A stretch of 64,000 bases of DNA, taken from assembly GCA_964437755.1 (NCBI GenBank), contig CAYTIA010000005.1:802-64801 (forward strand). The letters are read 5' to 3'. Below, piece after piece: positions 50,746 to 60,437 of this stretch (the stretch's first letter is position 1; every line of letters starts with the position of its first letter). Made by a program: the position numbers and the translations under genes. The DNA comes from an uncultured Pseudomonadales bacterium (GTDB taxonomy: Bacteria; Patescibacteriota; Microgenomatia; UBA1400; PJMF01). The notes beneath the pieces were generated by a model. The model was not told the DNA's origin. It saw nothing but the letters and a program-made list of their open reading frames with translations, and searched no databases.

Positions 50746-51927
50746 CTAAGCAATAGTGTTTTTCGTAATAGCTTTTTTTGACACAAAGTACTGCATTGCC
50801 AAAAATATTATTAGTATTGAACCGAGTAAAACTGCAGTGTATTTGGCTGAAACGCTATCTGCTATAAAACCAATAAAATACGCGCAAAGCATATAGGGGA
50901 TATTCTTGAACATTCTAAAGGTTGAAAGAGTAGTGGCTCGATATTTTGATTGAGTGTGGTGATTGATCAAAATGCTTGAGTAGTTGTGATATAGGGTGAT
51001 GGTAGCATTTCTAATGATAAGTAAAGTTCCTCCTAAAATAAGACCAACCACCGGTGAGATGATGAGTGAAAAAGAGACTATCAATCCGAAAACAAAAACT
51101 GCCCTATTTTCTGTTAGGAGCTTATTTATTTTTGGAGTAAGTTGAGAAACACCAGCACTAACCAAAAGAATTACTGCCCATAACACTCCCATCTGTGCTT
51201 CGTTAAACCCAAACTCTATGCCTAACATACTGTCAATAACCTCATTTACAATGACCGCAATTACTCCAATTGAGGTTAGCAATATCGTTTGTTTGATGAT
51301 GATTGAGTTTTTTGTAAGCTCCCTCCAACCAGTTTTAGTCTGTTGAATAAATTGAGAAAAGGAATACTTATCGGTATCAATGCTTGGTTCGGATAAAAAT
51401 AAAGAGGTGATTAGTCCAAAAAAGAAAAAAAGTGCTACTGCAAAGTATGGTGAGCTTGGATTGATGGAGTATATGTATCCACCGATTGCTCCAGCAATTG
51501 CCGGTGAGATTAAACGAATTGAACTAATGTTGGCAATGATCTTGTTATAAAGTTTTTCTTGCTTTTCTTCTTTAAGAGAATCATATATGAGAGCTTCAAA
51601 TGTTCCAGAAAATAAAGTTGCTCCTGTTGTTAGTATAGTGACCGCGATTGCTAAAAAAGTAAAATTGGGAGCAAGGCCTATCATTAGTGAACCGATAACT
51701 TGAAGGAAAAACGAGATGATAGTAGTATTTTTCTTTCCAAGAATATCAGCAATGACTCCCGCTGGAATTGCCATTAATGTACTTGTTGCTATGTAAATTG
51801 TTTCCATCAAACCAACCCCGGCATAGTTGGTAAATCTAAGGTAGTAAAAAATCCAGATTCCATACCAAAACCAGCTACTGGAAAAAGAGGCAATTAAGTA
51901 AGATAACTTGATGTTTTTATGAAGCAT
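50746..51927 (-). CDS. MFS transporter
   Basis: About 12 TM helices, G..AD.LGKK motif A, SGT..ALIYDSL, RAT.LS. Confidence 0.9.
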   Translation of the reverse strand: MLHKNIKLSYLIASFSSSWFWYGIWIFYYLRFTNYAGVGLMETIYIATSTLMAIPAGVIADILGKKNTTIISFFLQVIGSLMIGLAPNFTFLAIAVTILTTGATLFSGTFEALIYDSLKEEKQEKLYNKIIANISSIRLISPAIAGAIGGYIYSINPSSPYFAVALFFFFGLITSLFLSEPSIDTDKYSFSQFIQQTKTGWRELTKNSIIIKQTILLTSIGVIAVIVNEVIDSMLGIEFGFNEAQMGVLWAVILLVSAGVSQLTPKINKLLTENRAVFVFGLIVSFSLIISPVVGLILGGTLLIIRNATITLYHNYSSILINHHTQSKYRATTLSTFRMFKNIPYMLCAYFIGFIADSVSAKYTAVLLGSILIIFLAMQYFVSKKAITKNTIA

Positions 51928-52022
51928 CTGAGAATCATACTGGAAAAGAACTGTTTTTTGAAGAATTAGTTGAGTGTTTTGTCAAAGATGGGTATCGAGA
52001 AATATGCTAAAATCCAGTCACT

Positions 52023-53135
52023 ATGTCATTATCTATCGGCATCGTTGGCCTACCCAACGTTGGCAAATCCACTCTCTTTAACGCTCTGTTAAAAAAACAG
52101 ATTGCTTTATCTGCAAATTACCCGTTTGCCACGATCGAGCCCAACGTGGGAGTAGTGGAGGTGCCAGATAATCGTTTGCCGATTCTTGCCAAGCTGGTTA
52201 ACACCACTGTTATTAAACCAGCTCTAGTTGAGTTTACCGATATTGCTGGCCTGATCAAAGGTGCTTCTCAAGGAGAGGGGCTGGGTAATAAGTTTTTATC
52301 TCACATTCGTGAAACTGATGCCATTTGTCATGTGTTGCGAGCTTTTTCGGATGACAGCATTATTCGCGAAGGTTCGGTTGATCCGGTGGCTGATCTTGAA
52401 ACGGTTCGCACAGAACTACAACTTGCCGATTTGGAAACGATTGACAAACAAAAACAACCTAAGGGCATCAAGGAAAAAGAACAACAGACTAGGTGGGAGA
52501 TTATTCAGCAGTTCAAGCAAAGGTTGGAACTAGGGGAGTGCATATCGGTAAATTTATTGGCATCAACATTAACTCAGGAATTGGAACAAAGAATTGCCAA
52601 AGAACTTAATCTTCTAACTGCTAAATCAGAGATTTTTGTCTTGAACGTGGATGAGGCAGATCTCTCAAAATCTTCTGAAATTAAAGAAAAGTATGCTAAC
52701 TTGCTCTCAACCGCAAAACAGCCGGTTAACCCAAAACAGATTGTGGTTATTAGCGCTCTAATAGAAAGTGAGTTGGCTTCATTGGGACAAGAAGATCAGC
52801 AACAGTATTTGGCTGATTTGGGTATAGAGCAATCTGGTTTAGAGAGATTGGCACAAGTTGCTTATCAAACATTAAAGTTACAAAGTTTTCTCACGGCGGG
52901 TGAGCTAGAGGTCAAAGCTTGGACCATTAAGCAAGGAGCAACTGCGGTAGAGGCAGCTGGTGTGATTCACACAGACTTTATGAAAAAGTTTATTAAGGCT
53001 AAGGTGATTAGCTATGAACAGTTTATACAATATGAAGGTTGGACAAGAGCCAAGGAAGCAGGAAAGGTTCGTCTTGAGGGTAGGGATTATCAAATGCAAC
53101 CAGATGATATAGTAGAGTTTATGATTGGAAGTTAG
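52023..53135 (+). CDS. ychF: Redox-regulated ATPase YchF
   Basis: GLPNVGKST, NYPFATIEPN, DIAGL, GEGLGNKFL, AAGVIHTDF. Confidence 0.97.
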   Translation: MSLSIGIVGLPNVGKSTLFNALLKKQIALSANYPFATIEPNVGVVEVPDNRLPILAKLVNTTVIKPALVEFTDIAGLIKGASQGEGLGNKFLSHIRETDAICHVLRAFSDDSIIREGSVDPVADLETVRTELQLADLETIDKQKQPKGIKEKEQQTRWEIIQQFKQRLELGECISVNLLASTLTQELEQRIAKELNLLTAKSEIFVLNVDEADLSKSSEIKEKYANLLSTAKQPVNPKQIVVISALIESELASLGQEDQQQYLADLGIEQSGLERLAQVAYQTLKLQSFLTAGELEVKAWTIKQGATAVEAAGVIHTDFMKKFIKAKVISYEQFIQYEGWTRAKEAGKVRLEGRDYQMQPDDIVEFMIGS

Positions 53136-53146
53136 CAAAAAATTTT

Positions 53147-53617
53147 ATGTCTCAATCAAAATCACTTTTCGAAAAACTAGCTAACAACGAGATTCCAAGC
53201 TGGAAGGTTTGGGAAGATGACAAGCACATGGCTTTTTTAACGCCATTTCCCAACACTCCTGGAGTAACAGTGGTGGCGCCAAAAAAGAATATTGGCGATG
53301 ATGCTTTTGAGATTGGCGATGATGACTATCAGGAGTTGTTAGCAGTTGCAAAAAAAATGGTGAAGGTATTAAAAAAAGCTTTGAGAGTATCAAGAGTGGC
53401 GCTAGTGATTGAGGGTTTGGGTGTACCTCATGTTCATATTAAACTTTTTCCTTTGCATGGAGATTTGGAAGATGCAAATAGCTGGCAGAAAAATAATCAG
53501 TTTTATGAGGAGTACATTGGATATTTAACAACTAATAACGGTCCTCAAATGAATGATGAGGAGCTTAATAAGCTTCAAGCGAATATTAAACAAGTTATTA
53601 ATCAAATTAAGGAGTGA
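53147..53617 (+). CDS. HIT-family protein
   Basis: AFLTPFP, VPHVHIK. Confidence 0.88.
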   Translation: MSQSKSLFEKLANNEIPSWKVWEDDKHMAFLTPFPNTPGVTVVAPKKNIGDDAFEIGDDDYQELLAVAKKMVKVLKKALRVSRVALVIEGLGVPHVHIKLFPLHGDLEDANSWQKNNQFYEEYIGYLTTNNGPQMNDEELNKLQANIKQVINQIKE

Positions 53618-53623
53618 AGCACC

Positions 53624-54406
53624 ATGCTAACTCAAGCACAATCTCAGAAAATACTTTCCAGTAAAATCAAGAATTTTCCCAAACAGCTTTTAATTTTAGG
53701 ATCTGGCTGGAATCAAGTTCTGCGCGGTTCTCCAGTGGAAACAGAAATCTCATACAAAGATCTTTTTGATGTAGAGGCAACGGTTCCTGGACACGAAGGC
53801 AAGTTGGTGATTACTAAAATTGAGGGCGTGAGGGTAGCAGTAATGGTGGGTCGTTTTCATATGTATGAGGGATATACGGCTCAACAAGCAACTCTGCCAA
53901 TTAGGGTTTTTGCCAAAGCAGGGGCAAAACAACTTCTTGTGACAGCTGCTTCTGGGGCTCTTCATCAAAAATATAAAGTTGGAGATTTTGTTATTCTTAA
54001 TGATTTGTTGACACTTTTTCTTTCACTAGATAATCCCTTAGTAGGTCCAAAGTTTCTAGATTGTTCGCAGTTATTTGATCCAGAATTAAGGCAAATATTG
54101 CTTGATGTGGCCCAACAAAATAAAATTCCTTTCCAGCAGGGTTGCTATGCATATTATCATGGCCCTAACTTTGAAACTCCTGCTGATAAAATGGCGCTTA
54201 AGTTTTTAGGTGCAGATGTGGTCGGTATGAGTACGGCCCCCGAAGTATTAGTGGCTAGATGGTTAAAGATGAAGGTTGCTGGTATAGCCCTAGTTACAAA
54301 CTTGGCTTTTGTGAAACATGATCATAAAGAGGTTTTAGCTCAAGCTAATAAAGCGAGTCAACAAATGGTAAAATTGATTAAGAGCTACGTTCAGTTGAGT
54401 GAGTAG
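53624..54406 (+). CDS. punA: Purine-nucleoside phosphorylase (trimeric PNP type)
   Basis: ILGSG, VPGHEG, GRFHMYEG, GPNFETPA, VGMST.PE. Confidence 0.9.
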   Translation: MLTQAQSQKILSSKIKNFPKQLLILGSGWNQVLRGSPVETEISYKDLFDVEATVPGHEGKLVITKIEGVRVAVMVGRFHMYEGYTAQQATLPIRVFAKAGAKQLLVTAASGALHQKYKVGDFVILNDLLTLFLSLDNPLVGPKFLDCSQLFDPELRQILLDVAQQNKIPFQQGCYAYYHGPNFETPADKMALKFLGADVVGMSTAPEVLVARWLKMKVAGIALVTNLAFVKHDHKEVLAQANKASQQMVKLIKSYVQLSE

Positions 54407-54513
54407 AGATTAATCCAATAATTCTACAAACTCACATCTAGAATTTTTTGCTACTTTAGGTATAATAGCCACTTCAAGTATTGAAAGTTAATATAATTAA
54501 ACTGAAAAAAAAT

Positions 54514-54834
54514 ATGAAGATACCAGAAGAAAAGAGAATCCGTATTTATGAGTTAACTTGTTTAGTCTCAGTCGAACATACCAAAGAGGAATTGGACAGT
54601 ATTAAAGAAGTAGTTAGTAACGTTATTACTAATTCAAGTGGTAAGATAAAAGAAATTGAAGAATGGGGAAAAAAAGATCTTGCTTATACTATTAAGACTG
54701 GCGGAAAAAGCTTTGATCAAGCCTTGTATTTCCATTTTGTATTTGAAGCTGAGGCAGATAATGCTACTGCAATCAAGGACAATATTAATATTACGGAAAA
54801 CATTATCCGTTATTTGTTGGTTGTTAGAGAGTAG
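54514..54834 (+). CDS. rpsF: 30S ribosomal protein S6
   Basis: YEL, EEWGKKDLAYTIK, IIRYLLV; rpsF-ssb-rpsR order. Confidence 0.93.
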   Translation: MKIPEEKRIRIYELTCLVSVEHTKEELDSIKEVVSNVITNSSGKIKEIEEWGKKDLAYTIKTGGKSFDQALYFHFVFEAEADNATAIKDNINITENIIRYLLVVRE

Positions 54835-54943
54835 AGCTTGGTTAACTAGATTGGAGCAGTTTTAAAAATCCTACGCTTTTTCTCAGAATGCCGTATAATA
54901 GTAATGGGAATATATAAGTTAGTCTGATAGAGGAGGAAAAAAA

Positions 54944-55444
54944 ATGGCTGTCAGATCATTAAATAAAGTAATGCTAATCGGGAATCTCACTCGAAACCCA
55001 AATTTGAGATACACACCAAATAATACTGCTGTTTGTTCATTTGGACTTGCAACTAACCGTTCTTGGGCCAATGAAGATGGAAGTACTGAAGAAAGAACAG
55101 ATTTCCATAATATTGTTGCTTGGGCTAAGTTGGCAGAAATTTGTGATCAGATTTTGCAAATGGGAGATAAAGTTTATCTTGAAGGTAGAATTCAAACTAG
55201 AGACTGGAAAACTGAAGAGGGTGACGAAAGAAGAATTACCGAGATTGTTCTTGATAGTATGATTAAGCTTTCTTCCCCAAGAGGAAGCTACGATGATGGT
55301 AATTCTGCAAATCAATCATCTTCAGGTGTCAGCGATGATTCAAAAAAATCTCAGCCTAAGTCCAAGTCTGATGATAAGAACTCAAAGAAGAAAAAAGAGG
55401 ATGAGGTAGATGTTGAAGAGGTTGCTGATGATATCCCTTTTTAG
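54944..55444 (+). CDS. ssb: Single-stranded DNA-binding protein
   Basis: NKVMLIGNL, EGRIQTRDW, C-terminal DDIPF; GAGGAGG RBS. Confidence 0.97.
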   Translation: MAVRSLNKVMLIGNLTRNPNLRYTPNNTAVCSFGLATNRSWANEDGSTEERTDFHNIVAWAKLAEICDQILQMGDKVYLEGRIQTRDWKTEEGDERRITEIVLDSMIKLSSPRGSYDDGNSANQSSSGVSDDSKKSQPKSKSDDKNSKKKKEDEVDVEEVADDIPF

Positions 55445-55478
55445 TCTATAGAAATTAGTAAAATAGTGAATAAATAAA

Positions 55479-55655
55479 ATGACTACAGTATTTACATATA
55501 AAGATCCAGATAAATTGCGTGAGTATGTTACCTCACAAGGAAGAATTATTCCTCGCTCAAAGACTGGATTAAAAAAGAAGGATCAAAACAGACTAGCTAA
55601 AGAAATTGAAAGAGCTCGTCATTTGGCCTTAATAAACTACACTCAAACTCTTTAA
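55479..55655 (+). CDS. rpsR: 30S ribosomal protein S18 (58 aa)
   Basis: Not in track; MTTVFTYKDPDKLREYVTSQGRIIPRSKTGLKKKDQNRLAKEIERARHLALINYTQTL. Confidence 0.93.
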   Translation: MTTVFTYKDPDKLREYVTSQGRIIPRSKTGLKKKDQNRLAKEIERARHLALINYTQTL

Positions 55656-55788
55656 TAAAAATTTGAGCTCTGGTTTTAGAGCCAAGAATAAATTTGTTTT
55701 GCTTTGTTTTTTTTGGTGGAATTTAGTATCAATTTATAATCAGTATTAATTGTTTTACGTTATTAATTGCTTCTGTTTAGATCCCAAT

Positions 55789-57060
55789 ATGCCCAAATCT
55801 AGAAAAATCGTTAGTTTTTATACTTTAAGAAACATTGTTTTTGGTATATTGCTTTTTGTTTTTGGGATGGTAATAGGTCAGCGCTATAAAGGGAGAATTT
55901 CTTTAGTTTCTTCACAAATAGCATCTCCAAACTCCTCATCAACTTTAGGTCGACTAGTTGGTAAGTTTTCTCCACCAGAAAATAAAGAGGTTAATTTTAA
56001 TGTTTTTTGGGAAGTCTGGGGATTGCTTGAAAATGAATACCTTGATGCTGATAAGCTTGATTCTCAGGAATTAGTTAATGGTGCTGTTCGTGGATTAGTT
56101 CAAGCTGCTGGAGATCCTTATACTGTATATCTTCCTCCAGAGGATAACAAAAGATCAGGAGAAGACCTTCAAGGCACTTTTTTTGGGATAGGTATCGAAC
56201 TTGGTTATATTGATGGTATCTTGGCAGTAATAGCTCCACTTAGTGGCACTCCAGCTGAACAAGCGGGTATTCAAGCAGGAGATTTAATCTTGAACGTGAA
56301 AGATGAGGGTAAGGGGATAGATGAAGATAGTTCCAGATGGAGTCTAACAGAGGCAGTCGAAAAAATTAGAGGTCCAAAAAACTCAACGTTAACGCTCACT
56401 TTGTTTAGAGAAGGTCAAGATGACACATTTGAGGTTGCTGTTCGTCGTGATGAGATCATTGTCAACACCGTTGATCTAGAAATCATAGATCATGAAAGTA
56501 AAAAAATAGCTCATCTTAACGTATCTCGTTTTGGTGGCAGAACAGAAGAAGAATGGAATGAGGCAGTTAAGAATATAACGAGCTCATCTCCCAAGATAGA
56601 TGGCATTGTTTTGGACATGAGAAACAATCCCGGTGGTTATTTTGATGGATCAATTACTTTGGCTAGTGATTTTATTCAAAATGATGTAGTTGTGTCGCAA
56701 AAAGGCAAGTATTTTGAAAAAGATTACCGCACAAAAGGAACGGCAAGATTAAGAAATTATCCTCTAGTTGTCTTGGTTAATCGAGGCAGTGCTTCTGCAT
56801 CAGAGATTGTTGCTGGTGCTCTTAGAGATGATCTTGGAGTAAAGCTGGTTGGTGAAAAAACTTTTGGAAAGGGTACAGTTCAAGAAAGAAAAGAAGTGTC
56901 AAATGGTGGTGGCCTACATATAACCATTGGCAGATGGATGTTACCAAAGGGGGACTGGATCCATGACGAGGGCATTCCAGTAGATGTTGAGGTTGAGCAA
57001 AATCGTGACACTCTAGAAGACGAGGTTTTAATGAAGGGAATAGAGGTGTTGTTCCAATAG
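55789..57060 (+). CDS. ctpA: Carboxyl-terminal processing protease (S41A, PDZ)
   Basis: GDPYT, GIGI, PAEQAGI, LDMRNNPGG, SASASE, TFGKG. Confidence 0.92.
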   Translation: MPKSRKIVSFYTLRNIVFGILLFVFGMVIGQRYKGRISLVSSQIASPNSSSTLGRLVGKFSPPENKEVNFNVFWEVWGLLENEYLDADKLDSQELVNGAVRGLVQAAGDPYTVYLPPEDNKRSGEDLQGTFFGIGIELGYIDGILAVIAPLSGTPAEQAGIQAGDLILNVKDEGKGIDEDSSRWSLTEAVEKIRGPKNSTLTLTLFREGQDDTFEVAVRRDEIIVNTVDLEIIDHESKKIAHLNVSRFGGRTEEEWNEAVKNITSSSPKIDGIVLDMRNNPGGYFDGSITLASDFIQNDVVVSQKGKYFEKDYRTKGTARLRNYPLVVLVNRGSASASEIVAGALRDDLGVKLVGEKTFGKGTVQERKEVSNGGGLHITIGRWMLPKGDWIHDEGIPVDVEVEQNRDTLEDEVLMKGIEVLFQ

Positions 57061-57118
57061 TTTAATGAAGATTTGATATTTTGTTTGAGAAATCGTAAAA
57101 TATTGTCGCTTTAGGATT

Positions 57119-58324
57119 ATGAAAAATAAACAAACGAACTCATTTTTAATTGGTTTGTCGTTATCCTTGATCATTCTTTTTAGCTTTTTTCTTGGTGGGT
57201 TGGCAGATAGGATTTTTGTAATTAAGCCTCTAGATTATTTTTCCTCAAACTCAAACAGAATTTCCTTACCAAAATCTGAAAGTAGCCAGTCAGATTTTTC
57301 AGGCACAAGTTTGGGACAAATGATGCAAAGAGGCGAATATAGTGTTGCTGATGTTGCCCAGAAAGCATCTGAATCAGTTGTAACAATCTCAATTAAAACT
57401 CAGCAAAGAGTTATAGATCCAAATAGTATTTTTGAGAGTTTTGGTTTTTTTGGACTTGGCAAAGAAGAGGTTCGTTTCGAGGAGATTCAAAGAGATGTTG
57501 GTACAGGTTTTGTGGTTGAAGGAGACTTGATTGTTACCAATAGGCATGTGGTTAGCGACTTAACTGCTGAATACAAAGTTATTGATTTTCAAGATAATGA
57601 ATATTTTGTTACTCAAATATATCGTGATCCAACTTTAGATTTAGCGATTTTACACGTAGATAATTTTGATGCTCCAGCTTTAAAACTAGGCAATAGTGAT
57701 GAAGTGAGAGTAGGTGAGTCAGTAATAGCAATTGGCACAGCTCTTGGCCAATTTAGGCACACAGTTACTACGGGGGTCGTTTCGGGAGTGGGTAGATCAA
57801 TTACAGCGGCTGGAGCAGATAGTATCGAAGATCTGCAAAATATGCTACAAACTGATGCAGCAATTAATCCAGGAAATTCAGGAGGTCCATTAATTAATTC
57901 TTCGGGGGAAGTTATAGGAGTGAATGTAGCTACTGCAACAGCAGATAACATTAGTTTTGCAATCCCAATAAATATCGTTAATGTGGCAATTAGCACTTTT
58001 AATGAAACTGGCCAGTTTGATAGACCAATGCTTGGGGTAAATTATACTTTAATTAGTGAGCAGTCGGCATTATTGAATGAAGTTCCTCAAGGAGCTTATA
58101 TCACTGAGGTGGCGGAAGGAAGTGTGGCCTATGATTCAGGAATACAAATTCAAGATATAATAGTAGAGTTTGATGGACAAAAAATAACCGAAACTCAAGA
58201 TCTAGCTCAACTTATTAACAAAAAGAAAGTTGACAGTAAAGTAAAGATAAAATTATGGAGAGCTGGCGAGTTCCGAGAACTTGAAGTGATCTTAAAAAGT
58301 ACAAATATTAACAACAAACCATAA
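57119..58324 (+). CDS. htrA: HtrA/DegP-family serine protease with PDZ domain
   Basis: GTGF, TNRHV, DLA, QTDAAINPGNSGGPL. Confidence 0.92.
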   Translation: MKNKQTNSFLIGLSLSLIILFSFFLGGLADRIFVIKPLDYFSSNSNRISLPKSESSQSDFSGTSLGQMMQRGEYSVADVAQKASESVVTISIKTQQRVIDPNSIFESFGFFGLGKEEVRFEEIQRDVGTGFVVEGDLIVTNRHVVSDLTAEYKVIDFQDNEYFVTQIYRDPTLDLAILHVDNFDAPALKLGNSDEVRVGESVIAIGTALGQFRHTVTTGVVSGVGRSITAAGADSIEDLQNMLQTDAAINPGNSGGPLINSSGEVIGVNVATATADNISFAIPINIVNVAISTFNETGQFDRPMLGVNYTLISEQSALLNEVPQGAYITEVAEGSVAYDSGIQIQDIIVEFDGQKITETQDLAQLINKKKVDSKVKIKLWRAGEFRELEVILKSTNINNKP

Positions 58325-58340
58325 ATTGTAAGGAAAAAAT

Positions 58341-58895
58341 ATGACAGACCATGAGCCAAAAGTGGGAGACAAAATTGTTCGCTTTGGAAGAGTATATGAA
58401 ATATTTAAGATAGCGGAGGAGGAGAACTTTGATTCTGGAGAAATGGAAAAGCTAATGTATTTTCGGCCTGTTTATGAATCTCAGGCAAACAGAACACTAA
58501 TATGTGCAATTCCAATCAGCAATCTTGACTTAACAAATATAAGGTTGCCAATGTCAGAAGAGGAGTGTGACAAGTTGCTAGAACTTCTTGATTCTCAATA
58601 CGAAATGAAGGGTAGATTTAACACAAGATTGGCCAAAGATGTACTTAAATCAAATGAGCCAGAAAAAATTGCAATGATGCTAAAAAAGTTGGCAATTGTA
58701 AAAAGAGATCCCGATGTTAATTTTACCTATACTAAAAAAACTGTTTTTAGGCAGGGACTAAAAAGGTTGCAAGAGGAAGTTGCCTTAGTTAAGGGAATTC
58801 CTTTAGAAGAAGCCAGAAAAAAGCTGATTAAGCTACTCAAGAGTCAGGCAGTACAGAATTTACCGCTTGATGAAGACGATGATTTGGAAGACTAA
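58341..58895 (+). CDS. CarD-like transcription factor
   Basis: KVGDKIV..G.V..I, IP......IR, LQEEVALV. Confidence 0.7.
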   Translation: MTDHEPKVGDKIVRFGRVYEIFKIAEEENFDSGEMEKLMYFRPVYESQANRTLICAIPISNLDLTNIRLPMSEEECDKLLELLDSQYEMKGRFNTRLAKDVLKSNEPEKIAMMLKKLAIVKRDPDVNFTYTKKTVFRQGLKRLQEEVALVKGIPLEEARKKLIKLLKSQAVQNLPLDEDDDLED

Positions 58896-58929
58896 ACTGC
58901 AGTAATAGCGGATCGCAAAAAGCAATAGA

Positions 58930-59919
58930 TTACGAGTTTTCTTTAAGTAATTCACCTTTAACGGCTTTTATTACTGGTGCTAAATCACCTTCAATGATTG
59001 AGTCTAATTGATGCCAACTTTGATTAATTCTGTGGTCAGTAACTCGATTTTGTGGATAGTTGTAAGTTCTAATTTTTTCGGCACGCATGTTTCTCCCAAT
59101 TGCCGATCTAGCAGAATCAATTTTTGCTGCTCTTTTTTCTTCATGATCTTCCCATAATTGTGCTCTTAGCAATTCAAGGGCGATTTCTCGGTTCTGAAGT
59201 TGCTTTCTCTCTCGACTGACTCTGACAACTATTCCCGATGGTTTATGAGTTAACCTAACTGCACTACTAGTTTTGTTAACAGATTGACCACCAGCACCTC
59301 CAGAACGCATAAATTCCCAGGTTAAATCTTCATCTCTGATGACAATAGCAGAAGATGCTTTTAGTTCAGGTAAAACGGCAACTGATGCTGTTGAAGTGTG
59401 GACTCTTCCTTGAGCTTCTGTTGCAGGAACTCTTTGTACTCGGTGCACTCCGGCCTCGTGTTTAAAAAGTTGATAAGGATAGAAACTTTGCTCAATGACT
59501 CTTTGTTCTCCTGACTCAGAATCAAGATGCTCAATCTCAAGACTAATTCTGCCAGAAATCTTTATAGAAAAATCATCAATATATTCTGCTCTAAGATTGT
59601 TATTTTCTGAAAATCTCAAGTACATTCTTATTAAATCTTCAGCCCAGATTTTAGCTTCATCTCCACCAGCTCCAGCTCGCAATTCTAAGATGGCATTTGA
59701 TTTAATAGTAGGATTTTGCTCAGCACTTTCTTGTTCTTCTAGAGATTGTTGATAAGTGGCAGAAGCCCTGAGTAATTCATCTTTTTCTTGAGTTAAATTT
59801 GAAATCTCTTCCAAAGCTAACTGCTTAAGATCTGGATCATTGAGAAGTTCTTGATTACTCTCAATTTTTTGATCAATAAGGTCAATTTGCTGTTGATAGG
59901 GGTGAGATTGATTTGACAT
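58930..59919 (-). CDS. prfA: Peptide chain release factor 1
   Basis: ELRAGAGGDEA, HRVQRVPATE (PxT), GGQSVN, IRTYNYPQNRVTDHR. Confidence 0.95.
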   Translation of the reverse strand: MSNQSHPYQQQIDLIDQKIESNQELLNDPDLKQLALEEISNLTQEKDELLRASATYQQSLEEQESAEQNPTIKSNAILELRAGAGGDEAKIWAEDLIRMYLRFSENNNLRAEYIDDFSIKISGRISLEIEHLDSESGEQRVIEQSFYPYQLFKHEAGVHRVQRVPATEAQGRVHTSTASVAVLPELKASSAIVIRDEDLTWEFMRSGGAGGQSVNKTSSAVRLTHKPSGIVVRVSRERKQLQNREIALELLRAQLWEDHEEKRAAKIDSARSAIGRNMRAEKIRTYNYPQNRVTDHRINQSWHQLDSIIEGDLAPVIKAVKGELLKENS

Positions 59920-59987
59920 GTTAGCCACTATAATAACACTAAGCTGAATTTTTCAGAGTAGAAAAAAGCTTAAATGAAAAAAAATCG

Positions 59988-60371
59988 CTATTTGGAATCT
60001 GTTTTGCTGGTTCCAGCCACTTTTGCTTCTTGTTTTGAATCAGATTGGCGAAGTTGAGTTTGTTTTTCTCTAAGAATGTCTTGGTAAGATTTTTCTTCAG
60101 TTGCTTGAGCATCTGACTGCTGAGATAGTTTTTCCTCTAACTCTTTTTGTTTTTTCTCATGAAGAATCTTAGCTTGTTCCATCTTTTGTTTAAACTTCTC
60201 GACTCGACCTTGTCTATCAACGAACTTCATTTCGCCGGTAAAATAAGGGTGGCATTGTGAACAAATATCAACTTCAATAACTGGCTCGGTTGAACCGGTG
60301 GTAAAAGTATTGCCACAAGAGCAAGTCACTTTTGCATTTTTATACCATTTAGGATGAATGTTAGCTTTCAT
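59988..60371 (-). CDS. rpmE: 50S ribosomal protein L31 (zinc type) with charged C-terminal tail
   Basis: [29 protein letters not shown]; extended -10 TGcTATAAT at 60404-60412. Confidence 0.95.
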   Translation of the reverse strand: MKANIHPKWYKNAKVTCSCGNTFTTGSTEPVIEVDICSQCHPYFTGEMKFVDRQGRVEKFKQKMEQAKILHEKKQKELEEKLSQQSDAQATEEKSYQDILREKQTQLRQSDSKQEAKVAGTSKTDSK

Positions 60372-60437
60372 AGTTTTTCTAGTCTTCAAATTTGCAAGAG
60401 GCAATTATAGCATAATTATTTTGTAGTGCGAGTGCGA

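Noticed and set aside
55673-55682. GTTTTAGAGC, resembling the start of a type II CRISPR repeat
   Set aside because: Single 10-mer within a small hairpin after rpsR; no array and no cas genes
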